Below are positions 25,489 through 39,440 of a stretch of DNA of 64,000 nucleotides, piece after piece; the first letter of the stretch is position 1, and each line of letters opens with the position of its first letter. The DNA comes from Haliotis cracherodii (lineage: Eukaryota): NCBI RefSeq assembly GCF_022045235.1, contig NW_027266297.1, positions 30,132,001 to 30,196,000 of the forward strand, read 5' to 3'. Position numbers and translations under genes: made by a program. Below the pieces are notes generated by a model. It was not told where the DNA came from and made no database searches. It saw only the letters and a list, made by a program, of their open reading frames with translations.

Positions 25489-25610
25489 AGATTACTGCAC
25501 TCGTGCCTATCAGATACAATTGATCTTACAACTCGCTTTCGCTCGTTAGATACGTTTTGAAACAACTCGTAAGATAGGTGGTATCTGACAGACACTCGTG
25601 TAGTAATCTC
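25489..25610. mobile_element. Palindromic DNA-transposon end or remnant
   Basis: agattactgcactcgtgcctatcagatac vs gtatctgacagacactcgtgtagtaatct; internal ctcgctttcgctcg also occurs near 7839. Confidence 0.5.
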
Positions 25611-26267
25611 TATATGTCCGAGGCGGGCGTTGGTGCCCTAGGAATAACCAGAGATTTGATATACACATAACTTCATTACCACATATACTCCTCTCAGTGT
25701 ATAACATTTAACATCATACTGCAGTAAAGCAAATAGACCACTGTCGCCATGTTCGTCCAACGACGACGCCATGTTTGTTCCACGGCGACGCCATATCACG
25801 CCCCAGGACGTCGAATCACGTCGGTTGCGGTGTCATGACTGTAGCGCAACCGGTAAGCAAACTATTCCATTCCTTGCAGTTGCTGCAGTCTGCTAACATT
25901 AGTGGTGGAAACAAGCTTTCACGCCAGAAAACACCTCAACTCACAGTAACCAGCGACACTGAACATCGGCTATCTTTACAAGTGATGCACGGCCCCCACA
26001 ATGCACTAGTGGAATGCTTTGAGTCACGTGATTAAACGGAAGCAGATTAATAAAAAAGCTTAAATTTAAATCATACTTATTACTGCATGGGATTATGCAT
26101 AGGCACACACTGGACAGATAATACAATGAGACTTATATATCTAACCATAAACTACCCATTTTAGTGGTGTTTTATTATATTTAAACGTATACTTTTTCTC
26201 TTAACGATAGTAGGATGCAGGCAGTTAGATGGAAGAGGCTATAATGTGTAGTGTAATAATGTTCATG

Positions 26268-26538
26268 TTTGTTTGTGTGTTGTTTAACGCCGCACTCAGC
26301 AATATTCCTGCTATATGACAGCGGTCTGGAAACAAGCGAGTCTGGACCAGACAAACCAGTGATTGATGTCACGAGCATCGATCCATGCAATTGGGATACG
26401 ATGACATGCATAAACCAAGTCAGCGAGCCTGACCACCCGATCCGGTTAGTCGCCTCTTACGACAAGCTGAAGCATAGTCGCCTTTTACGACAAGCATGGG
26501 TTTCTGAAGACCTATTCTAACCCGGATTTTCACGGGTC
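26268..26538 (-). mobile_element. Retroposon family C
   Basis: TSD agtgtaataatgt. Confidence 0.9.
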
Positions 26539-27876
26539 AAGTGTAATAATGTATAGCATTTCCCTAAACTATTAAAACATCAATGGGAGCACTCGGACGC
26601 AAGCGTACTCGTGCTTTTAACTATAACAATTCAGGTCAAAACTATACTGTAGAACACTGCACATTGGGGTAGAGCAAACTTTATTTCTTAAGTAAAGCTT
26701 AGTCTCTGAAAATATTTAATTTCATTATAAAATGATTCCCAGTGAGCTGGAGAAAAGACTTGCTTCATTTAGGGTCACATTACATAGTCATGGAGTAAGG
26801 GCTGGGCAGAATGGAAAATAGTATGGCTCAGGGACTGTGAATAAATGTGATAATGTTGGCGTAATGGTCAGCTAGTGCATACCAAAGTTACGGCCTTAGT
26901 ACTCACGAATAGCCTATGGATTGTATCGATGGCTCGGTGACCGCTGATTGACCCAAGTAGCTGACCTTGGGGCGGCATCTATAGCTGACCGTCACATCTG
27001 GGAGACGGAGGTCAAATATATGGATCTGAATGACCTACTGTATTTCAGAGAAGCCTGGTCAGTGTAATTATTGATCTGTGTGTTATCCCGATATAATTTA
27101 TAACGAGGGTGTAGGGAGCGAACGGTTGTAAATGCCTCCGAAAAGATACCACGATGATGCTAATAATAATAATAAGAAGAAGAAGAAGAAGAAGAAGTAG
27201 TAACGAACAAACTCGGTATCATCTGCGAGTTTGTTATTATTTTTAGCTAAATCGAAGCGAGAATTTTCTGTTGCATTCCTTCTCGCCCTTCGTCCTCGTC
27301 TGCGAGTTTGTTTGTTATTATTATTAGTTTTATGGTGAATGTCAGACCTACAAACATGTTAATTAAGTTCGTAAAAAGATGTTTACTCACCCAGTGTATA
27401 TCGTCTGTTCCCAAGGTCACTGCCCGGGTCGAGGTTGATGTATGTTCACGTGATAGTTGACAGACCGAGGACAACTCACCTGGCGAACTGTTCCCGCCAC
27501 AATGTCCGTCTCGCGTCGGCAACTCCGCCGAGCAGACGATAACTAACGGGCAGTGACATTATGAGCAGTCACTAATGTTCTCGCCATATTAGTTCTATAG
27601 TTCAAGTGTCCATAGTATTAGTTCAATAGTTCAAGCCTCCAAAGTATTAGTTCAGTAGTTCAAGTATTTATATTCGGGGTTTCTAGTGCGAGAAAGACAA
27701 TTATCATCACAGCGATGGGGAAAACATGGTTTGGGATATTTTTGAATGTACATAAAATAAAAGCGATAACATCGTTTCCATAATCTTTTAAAAGCAGAAA
27801 CAGAAGTATCGGTAAATGGTCGGACGTTTGGTCATCGATCTAGTCGAGTGACCACTATATTCTAATGATCAAAGCA

Positions 27877-28095
27877 CCCGTGAAGATCCGGGGTAGGATA
27901 GGCCTTCAACACCCATGCCGTAAGAGGCAACTAACGGGATCGGGTGGTCAGGCTCGCTGATGGATGTCATCGTATCCCATTTGCGTGGATCGATGCTCAT
28001 GATGTCAATCACTGGATTATCTGGTCCAGACTTGATTATTTCCATATAGCTGGACTATTGCTGAGTGCGGCGTTAACCAGCATTTAAACAAACAA
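27877..28095 (+). mobile_element. Retroposon family C
   Basis: Copy with internal deletions. Confidence 0.85.
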
Positions 28096-29139
28096 ACTAT
28101 ATCAAAGCTTAGTTTCCAGGCGCTTTGATAGTGGATAGTAGACACGTTTGTCTCGGGAAGATAGTTTCGGAATGTATAGACACGTAGTACATCGTATATT
28201 TTACGGGCGCATCTACTGCCTTGTATTTCTTTTGGAAACGTCATTTTAAGGATTTAAAATGATCTATATATGCATGTATTAATCTTATCACATGTCACTC
28301 TAGGTTTAAACAAGTCGGTGTTACGTTTTTAAATCAATCTTAGCCACGAGCCTCATCTTATGGTGCATTATAGTAGCTGTAGTCCATCGTCGGATGTCCT
28401 AATGCGGATGAAGTTGTTGGTGCCGGAGATGCTGTTCAGGTCCATGCTTGCAACACGCTACTTCTTGTGCAGTCTCATAACGGCAGAAAAATGGTTTACC
28501 AAACATAGAGACAAGAACACTAGATTTGTTTCTTCTACTTCTTTTCACCGGAACATGTATAGATCTACTGAGGTAGAATCGGTTCCTGTGTCCTTGGCGT
28601 AAACGATGACCTTGGTGAATCTGTTTGTCAGGCTCTGTGACTTAGTTGATATTCATAATAGACACCACAGGTTAGTCTGGTCCTGACTATCGTTAAGATA
28701 TAGCTGTAATGTTACTGAATATTAGCCACAAAGGTAGAATGATCGTATGTGATAACTGTCCGGTATTTGCACATTGTAAAATTTTAGAACTATTCTCAAT
28801 GCTGATTGGTCAGATGAAGCCATAATACGTGTCAGTGTTTCATTGTTGAGAAAAATACGACGTCACTTATTCTCCTTTAACTGATACGTTTTCGGGAATG
28901 CATAGTTTAGGGAAAAGTCCTGATTTTGAATCTGGTTCGTGGATGTTATTTTTTTCCCTTAATATTCTTATTACGTTGACAGTCCGTGTCTAGCTTCTGG
29001 GTTAGATTTGTGTGGGCTTGGCGTGACGCCGTTTTGTCACTTACATCAGAGATGGTCTCTGCTTACATATATATGCGAGTATACAGCTCGCGACTCTAGC
29101 AAATACTACACCCACCTGTACTACTGTACGATATCTAAT

Positions 29140-32100
29140 ACCACCTCTACTACCGCTACCATGTCATAATACCGCCATATATACAACTACCACCTCTACT
29201 ACCGCTACCATCTCAAATACCGCCATATATACCACTACCACCTCTACTACCGCTACCATCTCAAATATCGCCACATATACCACTACCAACACTACTACCA
29301 CTACCATTTCAAATACCGCCACATATACCACTACCAACTCTACTACCACTACCATCTCAAATACCGCCATATATACCACTACCAACACTACTACCACTAC
29401 CATCTCAAATACCGCCATACATACCACTACCACCTCTACTACCACTACCATCTCAAATACCGCCACATACACCACTACCATCTCAAATACCGCCATATAT
29501 ACCACTACCACCTCTACTACCACTACTATCTCAAATACCGCCATATATACCACTACAACCTCTACTACCACTACCATCTCAAATACCGCCACATACACCA
29601 CTACCATCTCAAATACCGCCATATATACCACTACAACCTCTACTACCACCACCATCTCAAATACCGCCACATATACCACTACCACCTCTACTACCGCTAC
29701 CATCTCAAATACCGCCACATATACCACTACCACCTCTACTACCACTACTATCTCAAATACCGCCACATATACCACTACCAACTCTACTACCACCACCATC
29801 TCAAATACCGCCATATATACCACTACAACCTCTACTACCACTACCAATACCAATACCGCCACTACTATCACTACAACCTCTACTACCACAACCATCTCAA
29901 ATACCGCCATATATACCACTACCAACTCTACTACCACAACCAATTCAAATACCGCCACATATACCACTACCATCTCAAATACCGCCACTAATATCACTAC
30001 CAACGCTACTACCACTACCATCTCAAATACCGCCACATATACCACTACCAACTCTACTATCTCCTATACCGCCATATATACCACTACCAACTCTACTACC
30101 ACAACCAATTCAAATACCGCCATATATACCACTATACAACCTCTACTACCACTACCATCTCAAATACCGCCACTAATATCACTACCAACGCTACTACCAC
30201 TACCATCTAAAATACCGCCACATATACCACTACCACCTCTACTACCGCTACCATCTCCTATATCGCCATATATACCACTACCAACTCTACTACCACAACC
30301 AATTCAAATACCGCCATATATACCACTACAACCTCTACTACCGCTACCATCTCAAATACCGCCATATATACCACTACAACCTCTACTACCGCTACCATCT
30401 CAAATACCGCCATATATACCACTACAACCTCTACTACCGCTACCATCTCAAATACCGCCACATACACCACAACCAATTCAAATACCGCCATATATACCAC
30501 TACAACCTCTACTACCACTACCATCTCAAATACCGCCATATATACCACTACAACCTCTACTACCGCTACCATCTCAAATACCGCCACATACACCACTACC
30601 AACTCTACTACCACAACCAATTCAAATACCGCCACATATACCACTACAACCTCTACTACCGCTACCATCTCCTATACCGCCATATATACCACTATAAACT
30701 ATACTACCACAACCAATTCAAATACCGCCACATATACCACTGCCATCTCAAATACCGCCACTAATATCACTACCAACGCTACTACCACTACCATCTCAAA
30801 TACCGCCATATATACCACTACCGACTCTACTACCACTACCATCTCAAATACCGCCACTAATACCACTACCACCTCTACTACCACTACCAATTCAAATACC
30901 GCCACATATACCACTACCAACTCTACTACCACTACCAATTCAAATACCGCCACTAATATCACTACCAACGCTACTACCACTACCATCTCAAATACCGCCA
31001 CTAATACCACTACCAACTCTACTACCACTACCATCTCAAATATAGCCATATATACCACTACAACCTCTACTACCACAACCAATTCAAATACCGCCACTAT
31101 TACCACTACCACCTCTACTACCACTACCAATTCAAATACCGCCACTAATACCACTCCCACCTCTAATCCACTACCAATTAAAATACCGCCATATATACCA
31201 CTTCCACCTCTACTACCGCTACCATCTCAAATATCGCCACATATACCACTACAACCTCTACTACCACAACCAATTCAAATACCGCCACATATACCACTAC
31301 CATCTCAAATACCGCCATATATACCACTACCACCTCTACTACCACTACCATCTTAAATTACCGCCATATAAACCACTGCCACCTCTACTACCACCACCAT
31401 CTCAAATACCGCCACATACACCACTACCAACTCTACTACCACAACCAATTCAAATACCGCCACATATACCACTACAACCTCTACTACCGCTACCATCTCA
31501 AATACCGCCATATATACCACTACAACCTCTACTACCGCTACCATCTCAAATACCGCCACATACACCACTACCAACTCTACTACCACAACCAATTCAAATA
31601 CCGCCACATATACCACTACAACCTCTACTACCACTACCATCTCAAATACCGCCACATACACCACTACCAACTCTACTACCACAACCAATTCAAATACCGC
31701 CACATATACCACTACAACCTCTACTACCGCTACCATCTCCTATACCGCCATATATACCACTATAAACTATACTACCACAACCAATTCAAATACCGCCACA
31801 TATACCACTGCCATCTCAAATACCGCCATATATACCACTACCACCTCTACTACCACTACCATCTTAAATTACCGCCATATAAACCACTACCACCTCTACT
31901 ACCACCACCATCTCAAATACCGCCACATATACCACTACCATCTCAAATACCACTACCATCTCATAATACCGCCATATATTCCACTACCACCTCTACTACC
32001 ACTACCATCTCAAATATCGCCACATATACCACTACCACTTCCTTTACCACTACCAATTCAAATACCGCCACTAATACCACTACGACCTCTACTACCACTA

Positions 32101-32190
32101 CCAATTCAAATACAGCCACATATACCACTACCATCTCAAATACCGCCACTAATACCACTACCAACTCTACTACCACATCTACCAACACTG
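29140..32190 (+). repeat. 48-bp-unit Thr/Ser-codon tandem array; possibly a decayed mucin-like exon
   Basis: Unit act acc acc tct act acc act acc atc tca aat acc gcc aca tat acc = TTTSTTTTISNTATYT; frameshifts and stops near 29166, 30130, 30208 and 31355. Confidence 0.85.
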
Positions 32191-32908
32191 TACTTCTACT
32201 TTCAAAACCACGTCAAAACCACTTCAACAGCCACGAGCACTTCAACTAAAATCATCACATCTAATATTCCTAGTTATACATCCGCGTTACCACCAGCGCT
32301 ATTCTTGTTGGGATATATAGATTTACACATTCAAAAGTGATCGAATGTATTGGATTTTGGTGAAGTTTCTTTTGCTCGTCAGTTAAACGTATTAATTTGT
32401 TTTTTGTATGGTTTCTATATTTTCATTAGATATTCGTTCTTAACATATTCATATGCAATTATTTACAACGCATGTTGCGTAAGAACTGAGGTTGATCTAG
32501 AATTGTATGCGTTATTAATCATAAGACAAGGACATACAACAATGAACGACACCCAACGCTTGAAACATTACCAGGACAACCCGTACGCTATTTTATGCTA
32601 TTTCAAGCAGATGGTGTACAAGTTCTTTTCAAGCATTTTCGATCACATTTGAAAGTGACGCACGCACACGGAGTTTGGCCAACGCTCTACGCCGTCGTGG
32701 CCAAAAGAAACGTGGCCATGGTCGCAGGTGTAGTTGGCAGTGTACTGGCAATGTGCCTTTTGTTTTTACATTGCGGGATTCCCAGGCAGCAGTTATTTAT
32801 AGGCCCATGTAATTTCGAGTTGTAAAACTCAAACGCGTCATGTCTTATTACAAATGAACCCAAATCGTGGATTTATTTTCTTATTCGACATGTTATTGGG
32901 TTTATTTT

Positions 32909-33056
32909 AAGGACCGGTCATTTATTAGAAGGGTTTCAGAGTTTGTTTTTTTCACTTATGTAATGAAAATAATTACCCTACCATATTTTGGTGACCACCC
33001 TTGATACCCTCTGACCCCCACCCATCCACCCCCTATAATAAATGACCGGCCCCCTA
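32909..33056. mobile_element. Small MITE
   Basis: aggaccggtcatttatta / taataaatgaccggcccct inverted ends. Confidence 0.6.
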
Positions 33057-33080
33057 GTTCGAACTACAAACTGTACTAAG

Positions 33081-33240
33081 GAGTGAGTGAGTATGATTTT
33101 ACGCCGCTTTTAGCAATATTCCAGCAATATCACGGGGGACACCAGAAATGAACTTTACACACTGTACCCATGTCGGGAATCGAACCTGGGTCTTCGGCGT
33201 GACGAGCGAACGCTTAACCACAAGGCTACCCGACCCGACC
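33081..33240 (-). mobile_element. SINE family A
   Basis: Full copy. Confidence 0.9.
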
Positions 33241-34949
33241 TGTACAAAGGAAAATATGCGAGTCGGTGTTGATCCCTACGTTTGTATCGCTGTTCTCTAA
33301 TCCTTCAACCATTAGAATCCACATATTTTGTTCCTGTGTCATTTTGAAACGGATATTTTGTCATTAAATATACATCGGGCTTTAATGCTTTCCGTTGATA
33401 TCAGCTTCACTTGGTTCAAGTACGAATATGCTCAGAAATATAATTGGAAAACAATACTTAACTGACCAGTTGAGTGTTTAACACATTCTCAAGTTGTTAA
33501 ATAAATAAAAACAAGTGTGTATCATCAAGATGATTCAAATATTGTTTTTGTAAAAATCCAAATAGGTCAAAAGTACTGCTTTCTGTTTGATTTGGTGGCA
33601 ATATGAAAAGTTCACCACACAGTTGTCTCCCCTATAAACTATCCTTCAAAGTCTAATTATGGAAACGTATATTGTTATGCTTCACTTTTATAGTCAAATC
33701 ACAAAGGAAGATGGAATGGAATATTTCTGACTTTTTTAACAAACACGACCTTGTATGTATGTGCTTTGTTTTGTTGTGTAATGTAATATATACTTCCTTA
33801 TATATTGATCGCAAAATATGAAATAATAAGCAGGTTTTGCTGTTTATGATGGATAAAAGCTTCCCTTACCCGATTTCCTTTTCTTGGTAATTACGACATA
33901 AAAAAGAATGGGTTTTACCTTCTTGAGTACACGAATGTCTTCTACATTAATAGGAACGAAACGGGAAGAGTTTCATATGTGTTGAACACGAACATGAACA
34001 TAAACTGAAATACTAAGCTGGTTATTTTGGTGAGTGAGTTAGTGAGTTTGGTTTAATGCCGCTTTAAACAGTATTTCAGTTACAGCATGGAGTAATGCAG
34101 GTCTTAGACAAGTGCACCTTTGAAGGAAACCTCGAGCACGCGTACGGTGCCGATAGCAAGGAACGTGATTGGACGAATCTTTGAACCCACCTCCAACGGA
34201 TCCTGGTATGGAAATCCGGGTACAGAAAAGGAGCGCAACTCTTCACAGCCTAATTGGCCTTCCATAAACTGGTTCCCAGCCATTCCGCGCATCGCCATTT
34301 GGCCACTTTAGATATCAGGTGAGGTGAAGTAGGGTTTGACGTTTACCTTATTGCACTTATAGAGAGACTGGCATGCATGTGTGAATGTGAATGTGTGCGT
34401 GCGTGCGTGTGTTGTTAGATATACCATGCCGCATTTCCCCTTAAAGTCGAACGCCAGCTAGAGTAACAATTTTTTGGTTTGAGTAAGTGAGTTAGGTTTA
34501 ACGCCGTTTAACATTATTGCAGTTATATCACGGTGTGTCATCTCCACGAGCACGGTGATTCGGGATTCGAACAATCATAGGTTTCTGGCGTGCCCAAGGG
34601 ACGAAACTCTGCACAGCAAAACGCGGCGACTTTCACATTTGGGCCACCCGTGCCCCCTATTTTGGCATGACACGTTCAGGGATCGAACCAAAGATTTCGC
34701 CCTCTCCGGGCAGAGGCTTTATCCACTACACCACGGAGGCTGTCATCTTAGATATGAAGAGACTGAGCCAGCTGTGGCCAGACGCCTACGGGCTGTACAG
34801 GCGCCACCGGATGTGATTGGACGCAATCAAACAATGGAAGTATTTTCGCTGCCCTTAAGTTTCGGTTTCTGTCTCAATTTACACGAAGGAGTGCTCGATA
34901 TAGCTCAGCGACGAAACGGTTACACACAAGGTTTTCCTTTCCTCGTTTA

Positions 34950-35113
34950 GGGGCGGTCGGGTAGCCTAGTGGTTAAGCGTTCGCTCGTCACGCCGAAGAC
35001 CCGGGTTCGATTCCCGACATGGGTACAATGTGTGAAGCCCATTTCTGGTGTCCGCGTCGTGATATTGCTGGAATATTGCTAAAAGCGGCGTAAAACCATA
35101 CTCACTCACTCAC
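34950..35113 (+). mobile_element. SINE family A
   Basis: Full copy; TSD ttcctcgtttag. Confidence 0.9.
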
Positions 35114-35956
35114 CTTCCTCGTTTAGCAATTTATAATATCGCTCAAACAACTTATTGTTTGTTTCGTGACGTCATGAACAATGGCGCTGACATAAACGAC
35201 TACAACCATGCGAATGAGTACATTTTCTGTTGATATTGGATCGTTGCTTTCTGTTGTGCCTTCAATACCACCACCGCCTAGGCGTAATTGAGGCAGTGAA
35301 TGAGTTGGGTTTTAGGCCGCTTTTAGCGGTATTCCAGCAGTATTTCGGCGGTCTGAGTATTCTCTTACGACAAGCCATAAAGTGACATTCTATTTATCCC
35401 AGGACCCACGTGTTAATTTCTCTGATAAATAACCATGACCGATTTTACACAATATTCTTGTCTGAAACGCAGCAGAGTTAAACATTTGGAAAGAAACTGA
35501 AGTTTGGTTTGGTCTGTTTGTTGTTTAACGCCGCAACCAGCAATATTTCAGCTACATGACGGGAGTCTTTAAGTCATCGAGTCTTATGACGTGATTGACA
35601 TGAGGAGCATTGATCCAAGCAATTGGGATATCACGAACACATTAACTCATCAACCAAGCCAGCAAGCCTGACCACCCTATCCCGTTAGTCGCCTCTTACA
35701 AGCATGGGTTGCTGAAGACCAGTTCTAACCTAGAATCTTCACCCTAGTATACCAAAACAAACGAAGACAACCGAGGAAATGTGTACATCGCGTCACACAA
35801 CTGGGTCAAAATTTTGCAAGATTCTTTGAATAACACGTAATGGAGGCAGAGAAGAAGAATACATTTTGAGTAGATAACTTTAGTTCGATACTAAAATTAC
35901 CGCTTTGTACTTGTTTGTACTGTGTCGCGTCATAAATACATTGTGCAATGTGTTTA

Positions 35957-36111
35957 CAGTAAAACCTTGTTAATCCGGACGGTACGGTCCGCAGTGACAT
36001 TTTCCGGTTTAAGGAGTAATGGGAACGGATTAATGGTCATACGGTCACAACGAGATCATACAGAACACGGCGTTCCCGTATAACAGTGTCCGGATTAACG
36101 AGGTTTTACTG
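35957..36111. mobile_element. Tc1/mariner(pogo)-like MITE
   Basis: TIRs cagtaaaaccttgttaatccggac / gtccggattaacgaggttttactg; TA on the left flank. Confidence 0.75.
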
Positions 36112-36181
36112 AGTGACACTTTTTAGGATAAGACACATCACGTCAGTGTACTAAACGGCATTACAACGTTAATGTGATAAA

Positions 36182-36335
36182 GGGGGCGGTCTGATAGCAT
36201 AGTGGTTAAAGCGTTCGCTCGTCAAAGATCCGGGTTCGATACCCCACATGGGTACAACGTGTGAAGCCCATTTCTGGTGTCCCCGCCGTGATATTGCTGG
36301 AATATTGCTAAAAGCGGCGTAAAATTCACTCACAC
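36182..36335 (+). mobile_element. SINE family A
   Basis: TSD aatgtgataa. Confidence 0.88.
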
Positions 36336-36407
36336 AATGTGATAATGGAACTTGATGTCATGTTTATAACAAAGGGACAACCTTACACCCTGTTCTATTT
36401 AAAAAAC

Positions 36408-36670
36408 GGGGTCACGGGTGGCCCAGTCGTCTAAGGCGCCGCGATTCGCTGTGCAGAGTTGCGTCCCTTGGGCACGCCAGAAACCTGTGATTGTGGGTTC
36501 GAATCCGGGTTCGTCCCGATTATGTTTCTGTTTTTGTCAGCACCATACCCGTGCTCGTGGGTTTCACCGAAGTGGTAAACGTCTGAGACCTGCATCATTT
36601 CAGGCTTTCCTCCCACGCCGTGATATTACTGGAATACTGTTAAAAGCGGCGTTAAACCCAACTCGCTCAC
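36408..36670 (+). mobile_element. SINE family B
   Basis: Near-full copy. Diverged copies at about 34485-34657, 40275-41006, 55420-55668 and 58900-59155. Confidence 0.88.
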
Positions 36671-37674
36671 TATTTCAGAAACATCAGCATGTTTAACCAT
36701 TCAGCAACTTCACGCAAGTTCTAATCCCATTAGCTTTGACCTTGATTATAGTGTTCGATATGGCTGATTAATGAATTTGGCAAGTGTTGTCATATGACCC
36801 ATCTACTTGTGGACTAAACCCGTCAATACATGCACATGTCATTACCCGGAAACCGGCCCATGTTGTTTAAAGTTCCATCGGTATTTATTTCCTGAAAAGT
36901 GACACGCCTACTCACATGTGAGCGAGTGGTCGAGCTGGGTAGTAGCTGCCTCCTTTCTTCTCCGACACAGGCCTTAAACAGTAAGTATATTTTTCCTATA
37001 AATCCACGAAAGTCGAAAGTATTGTGCTCTAATTATTCTAAATATCAAAGCCAAAAGTCAGGTGCCAATTCCTTCCCCTGGATCCCGAATTCCACCCAAT
37101 TTTCCCATCTGGGTCTCATTGCTCACTTTTGAAACCCTAATACTACGTAACGCATATCGTGTTTATCCTTACAACATTGGGAAAGACAAACGTCCCTTGC
37201 TTACCAAACGTCGCTTAAGTTTAATCCTGTTGGACTCCTGGTCAGAATAGGTTTCGAAATCAGGAAACGGATGGTCAGGCTGACTGCGCGTTGCTCGTGC
37301 GTTCAGTTACTGGTTTTCCTGGCCCAGACTCGATCAGTGCAAACAACGTTCATTTCACTCAATCACTGGATATTAAAACACAAACACAAACATACTCACA
37401 CAAACATAGTCACAATCAGAGAGGGTCAATTAATTCAATTAACCAGACCTTCCAAAAAGCGATGGCAGCGCTTCGACTGTACATTTGAGTACAATTAGGG
37501 GTTCTTTTCAACTTTCGTCCCACCCCTCCCCACCCCGACCCCACTAACCGCATTACATAACCAATTAAGTGAGTGAGTGAGTTGGGATTAACGCCGCTTT
37601 TAACAGTATTCCAGTTAAATCACGGCGTGTCAGCTTAATGTCGCCAAAGGCTATCTCAACTATACCCCTATGTT

Positions 37675-38970
37675 CATGAGACGTCGCTGTGTATGCTGAT
37701 GAAACGTCGCTGTGTATGTGGATGAGACGTCGCTGTGTATGTGGATGAGACGTCGCTGTATATGTGGATGAGGCGTCGCTGTGTATGTGAATGAGACGTC
37801 GCTGTATATGTTGATGAGACGTCGCTGTATATGTTGATGAGACGTCGCTGTGTATGTTGATGAGACGTCGCTGTGTATGCTGATGAGACGTCGTTGTATA
37901 TGTTGATGAGACGTCGTTGTATATGTTGATGAAACGTCGCTGTGTATGTTGATGAGACGTCGCTGTGTATGTGGATGAGACGTCGCTGTGTATGTTGATG
38001 AGACGTCGCTGTGTATGTTGATGAGACGTCGCTGTGTTTGTTGATGAGGCGTCGCTGTATATGTGGATGAGACGTCGCTGTGTATGTTGATGAGACGTCG
38101 CTGTATATGTTGATGAGACGTCGCTGTATATGTGGATGAGACGTCGATGTGTATGTGGATGAGACGTTACGGTGAATGTTGATGAGACGTCGCTGTGTAT
38201 GTTGATGAGACGTCGCTGTGTATGTGGATGAGACGTCGCTGTATATGTTGATGAGACGTCGCTGTGTATGTTGATGAGACGTCGCTGTGTATGTTGATGA
38301 GTCGTCACTGTGTATGTGGATGAGACGTCACTGTGTATGTTGATGAGACGGCACGGTCCGTGTTGATGAGACGTCGCTGTGTATGTTGATGAGAAGTCAC
38401 GGAATATGTTGATGAGACGTCGCTGTGTATGTTGATGAGACGTCACGGAATATGTTGATGAGACGTTGCTTTGAGAGTTGATGAGACGGCACAGTGTATG
38501 TTGATGAGACGGCACGGTCCATGTTGATGAGACGTCTCTGTGTATGTTGATGACACGTCGCGGTGTATGTGGATGAGACGTCGCTGTATATGTTGATGAG
38601 ACGTCGCTGTGTATGTTGATGAGACGTCGCTGTGTATGTTGATGAGTCGTCACTGTGTATGTGGATGAGACGTCACTGTGTATGTTGATGAGACGGCACG
38701 GTCCGTGTTGATGAGACGTCGCTGTGTATGTTGATGAGAAGTCACGGAATATGTTGATGAGACGTCGCTGTGTATGTTGATGAGACGTCACGGAATATGT
38801 TGATGAGACGTTGCTTTGAGAGTTGATGAGACGGCACAGTGTATGTTGATGAGACGGCACGGTCCATGTTGATGAGACGTCTCTGTGTATGTTGATGACA
38901 CGTCGCGGTGTATTTTGATGAGACGTCGCTGTGTATGTTGATGAGACGTCACGATGTATGTTGATGAGAT
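37675..38970. repeat. 23-bp CpG-rich minisatellite with a 345-bp higher-order duplication
   Basis: Unit gatgagacgtcgctgtgtatgtt; variant gtcgtcactg recurs at 38301 and 38646. Confidence 0.95.
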
Positions 38971-39440
38971 GTAAGGCTTCATGATGATACATCACAGGGT
39001 ATGTTTCTGAGACGTCTCGGTTTATGTTTCTGATACGCCTCAGTGTATGTTTCTGATACGCCTCAGTATATGTTTCTGATACGTCACGGTGTACGTTTCC
39101 GATACGTCACGATGTAGGGTAATGTTTCATCCATGTGTAGGTTCTATGAGCAGGACGTCACAGTGTATATGACGTCACAGTGTGTGTGTGAAGTCACAGT
39201 GTATATGACGTCACAGTGTATATGACGACACAGTATGTGTGAAGTCACAGTGTATATGACGTCACAGTGTCCAATGGTAATCGTCTAGAATGCTCTAGCT
39301 TCCGGACTGACTAAGGAAAAACGAATTTCACAAATGTGACTTATGTACAAACTCACAGATTATTATTAGTAGTAGTATTGTTGTTGTTCTTATTATCAAT
39401 GATTTATGTTCAACTGACAGCACTTCAGCCGGTTTCTGCA

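Noticed and set aside
29164-32188. Val-rich minus-strand ORFs
   Set aside because: Antisense shadow of the Thr-codon array.
34950-35025. tRNA-Asp gene (and similar heads elsewhere)
   Set aside because: Poor acceptor and anticodon stems; continues into a SINE body and has a TSD.
37565-38995. 476-aa ORF on the minus strand
   Set aside because: Translation of a 23-bp minisatellite cycling through frames; it ends in a SINE tail.
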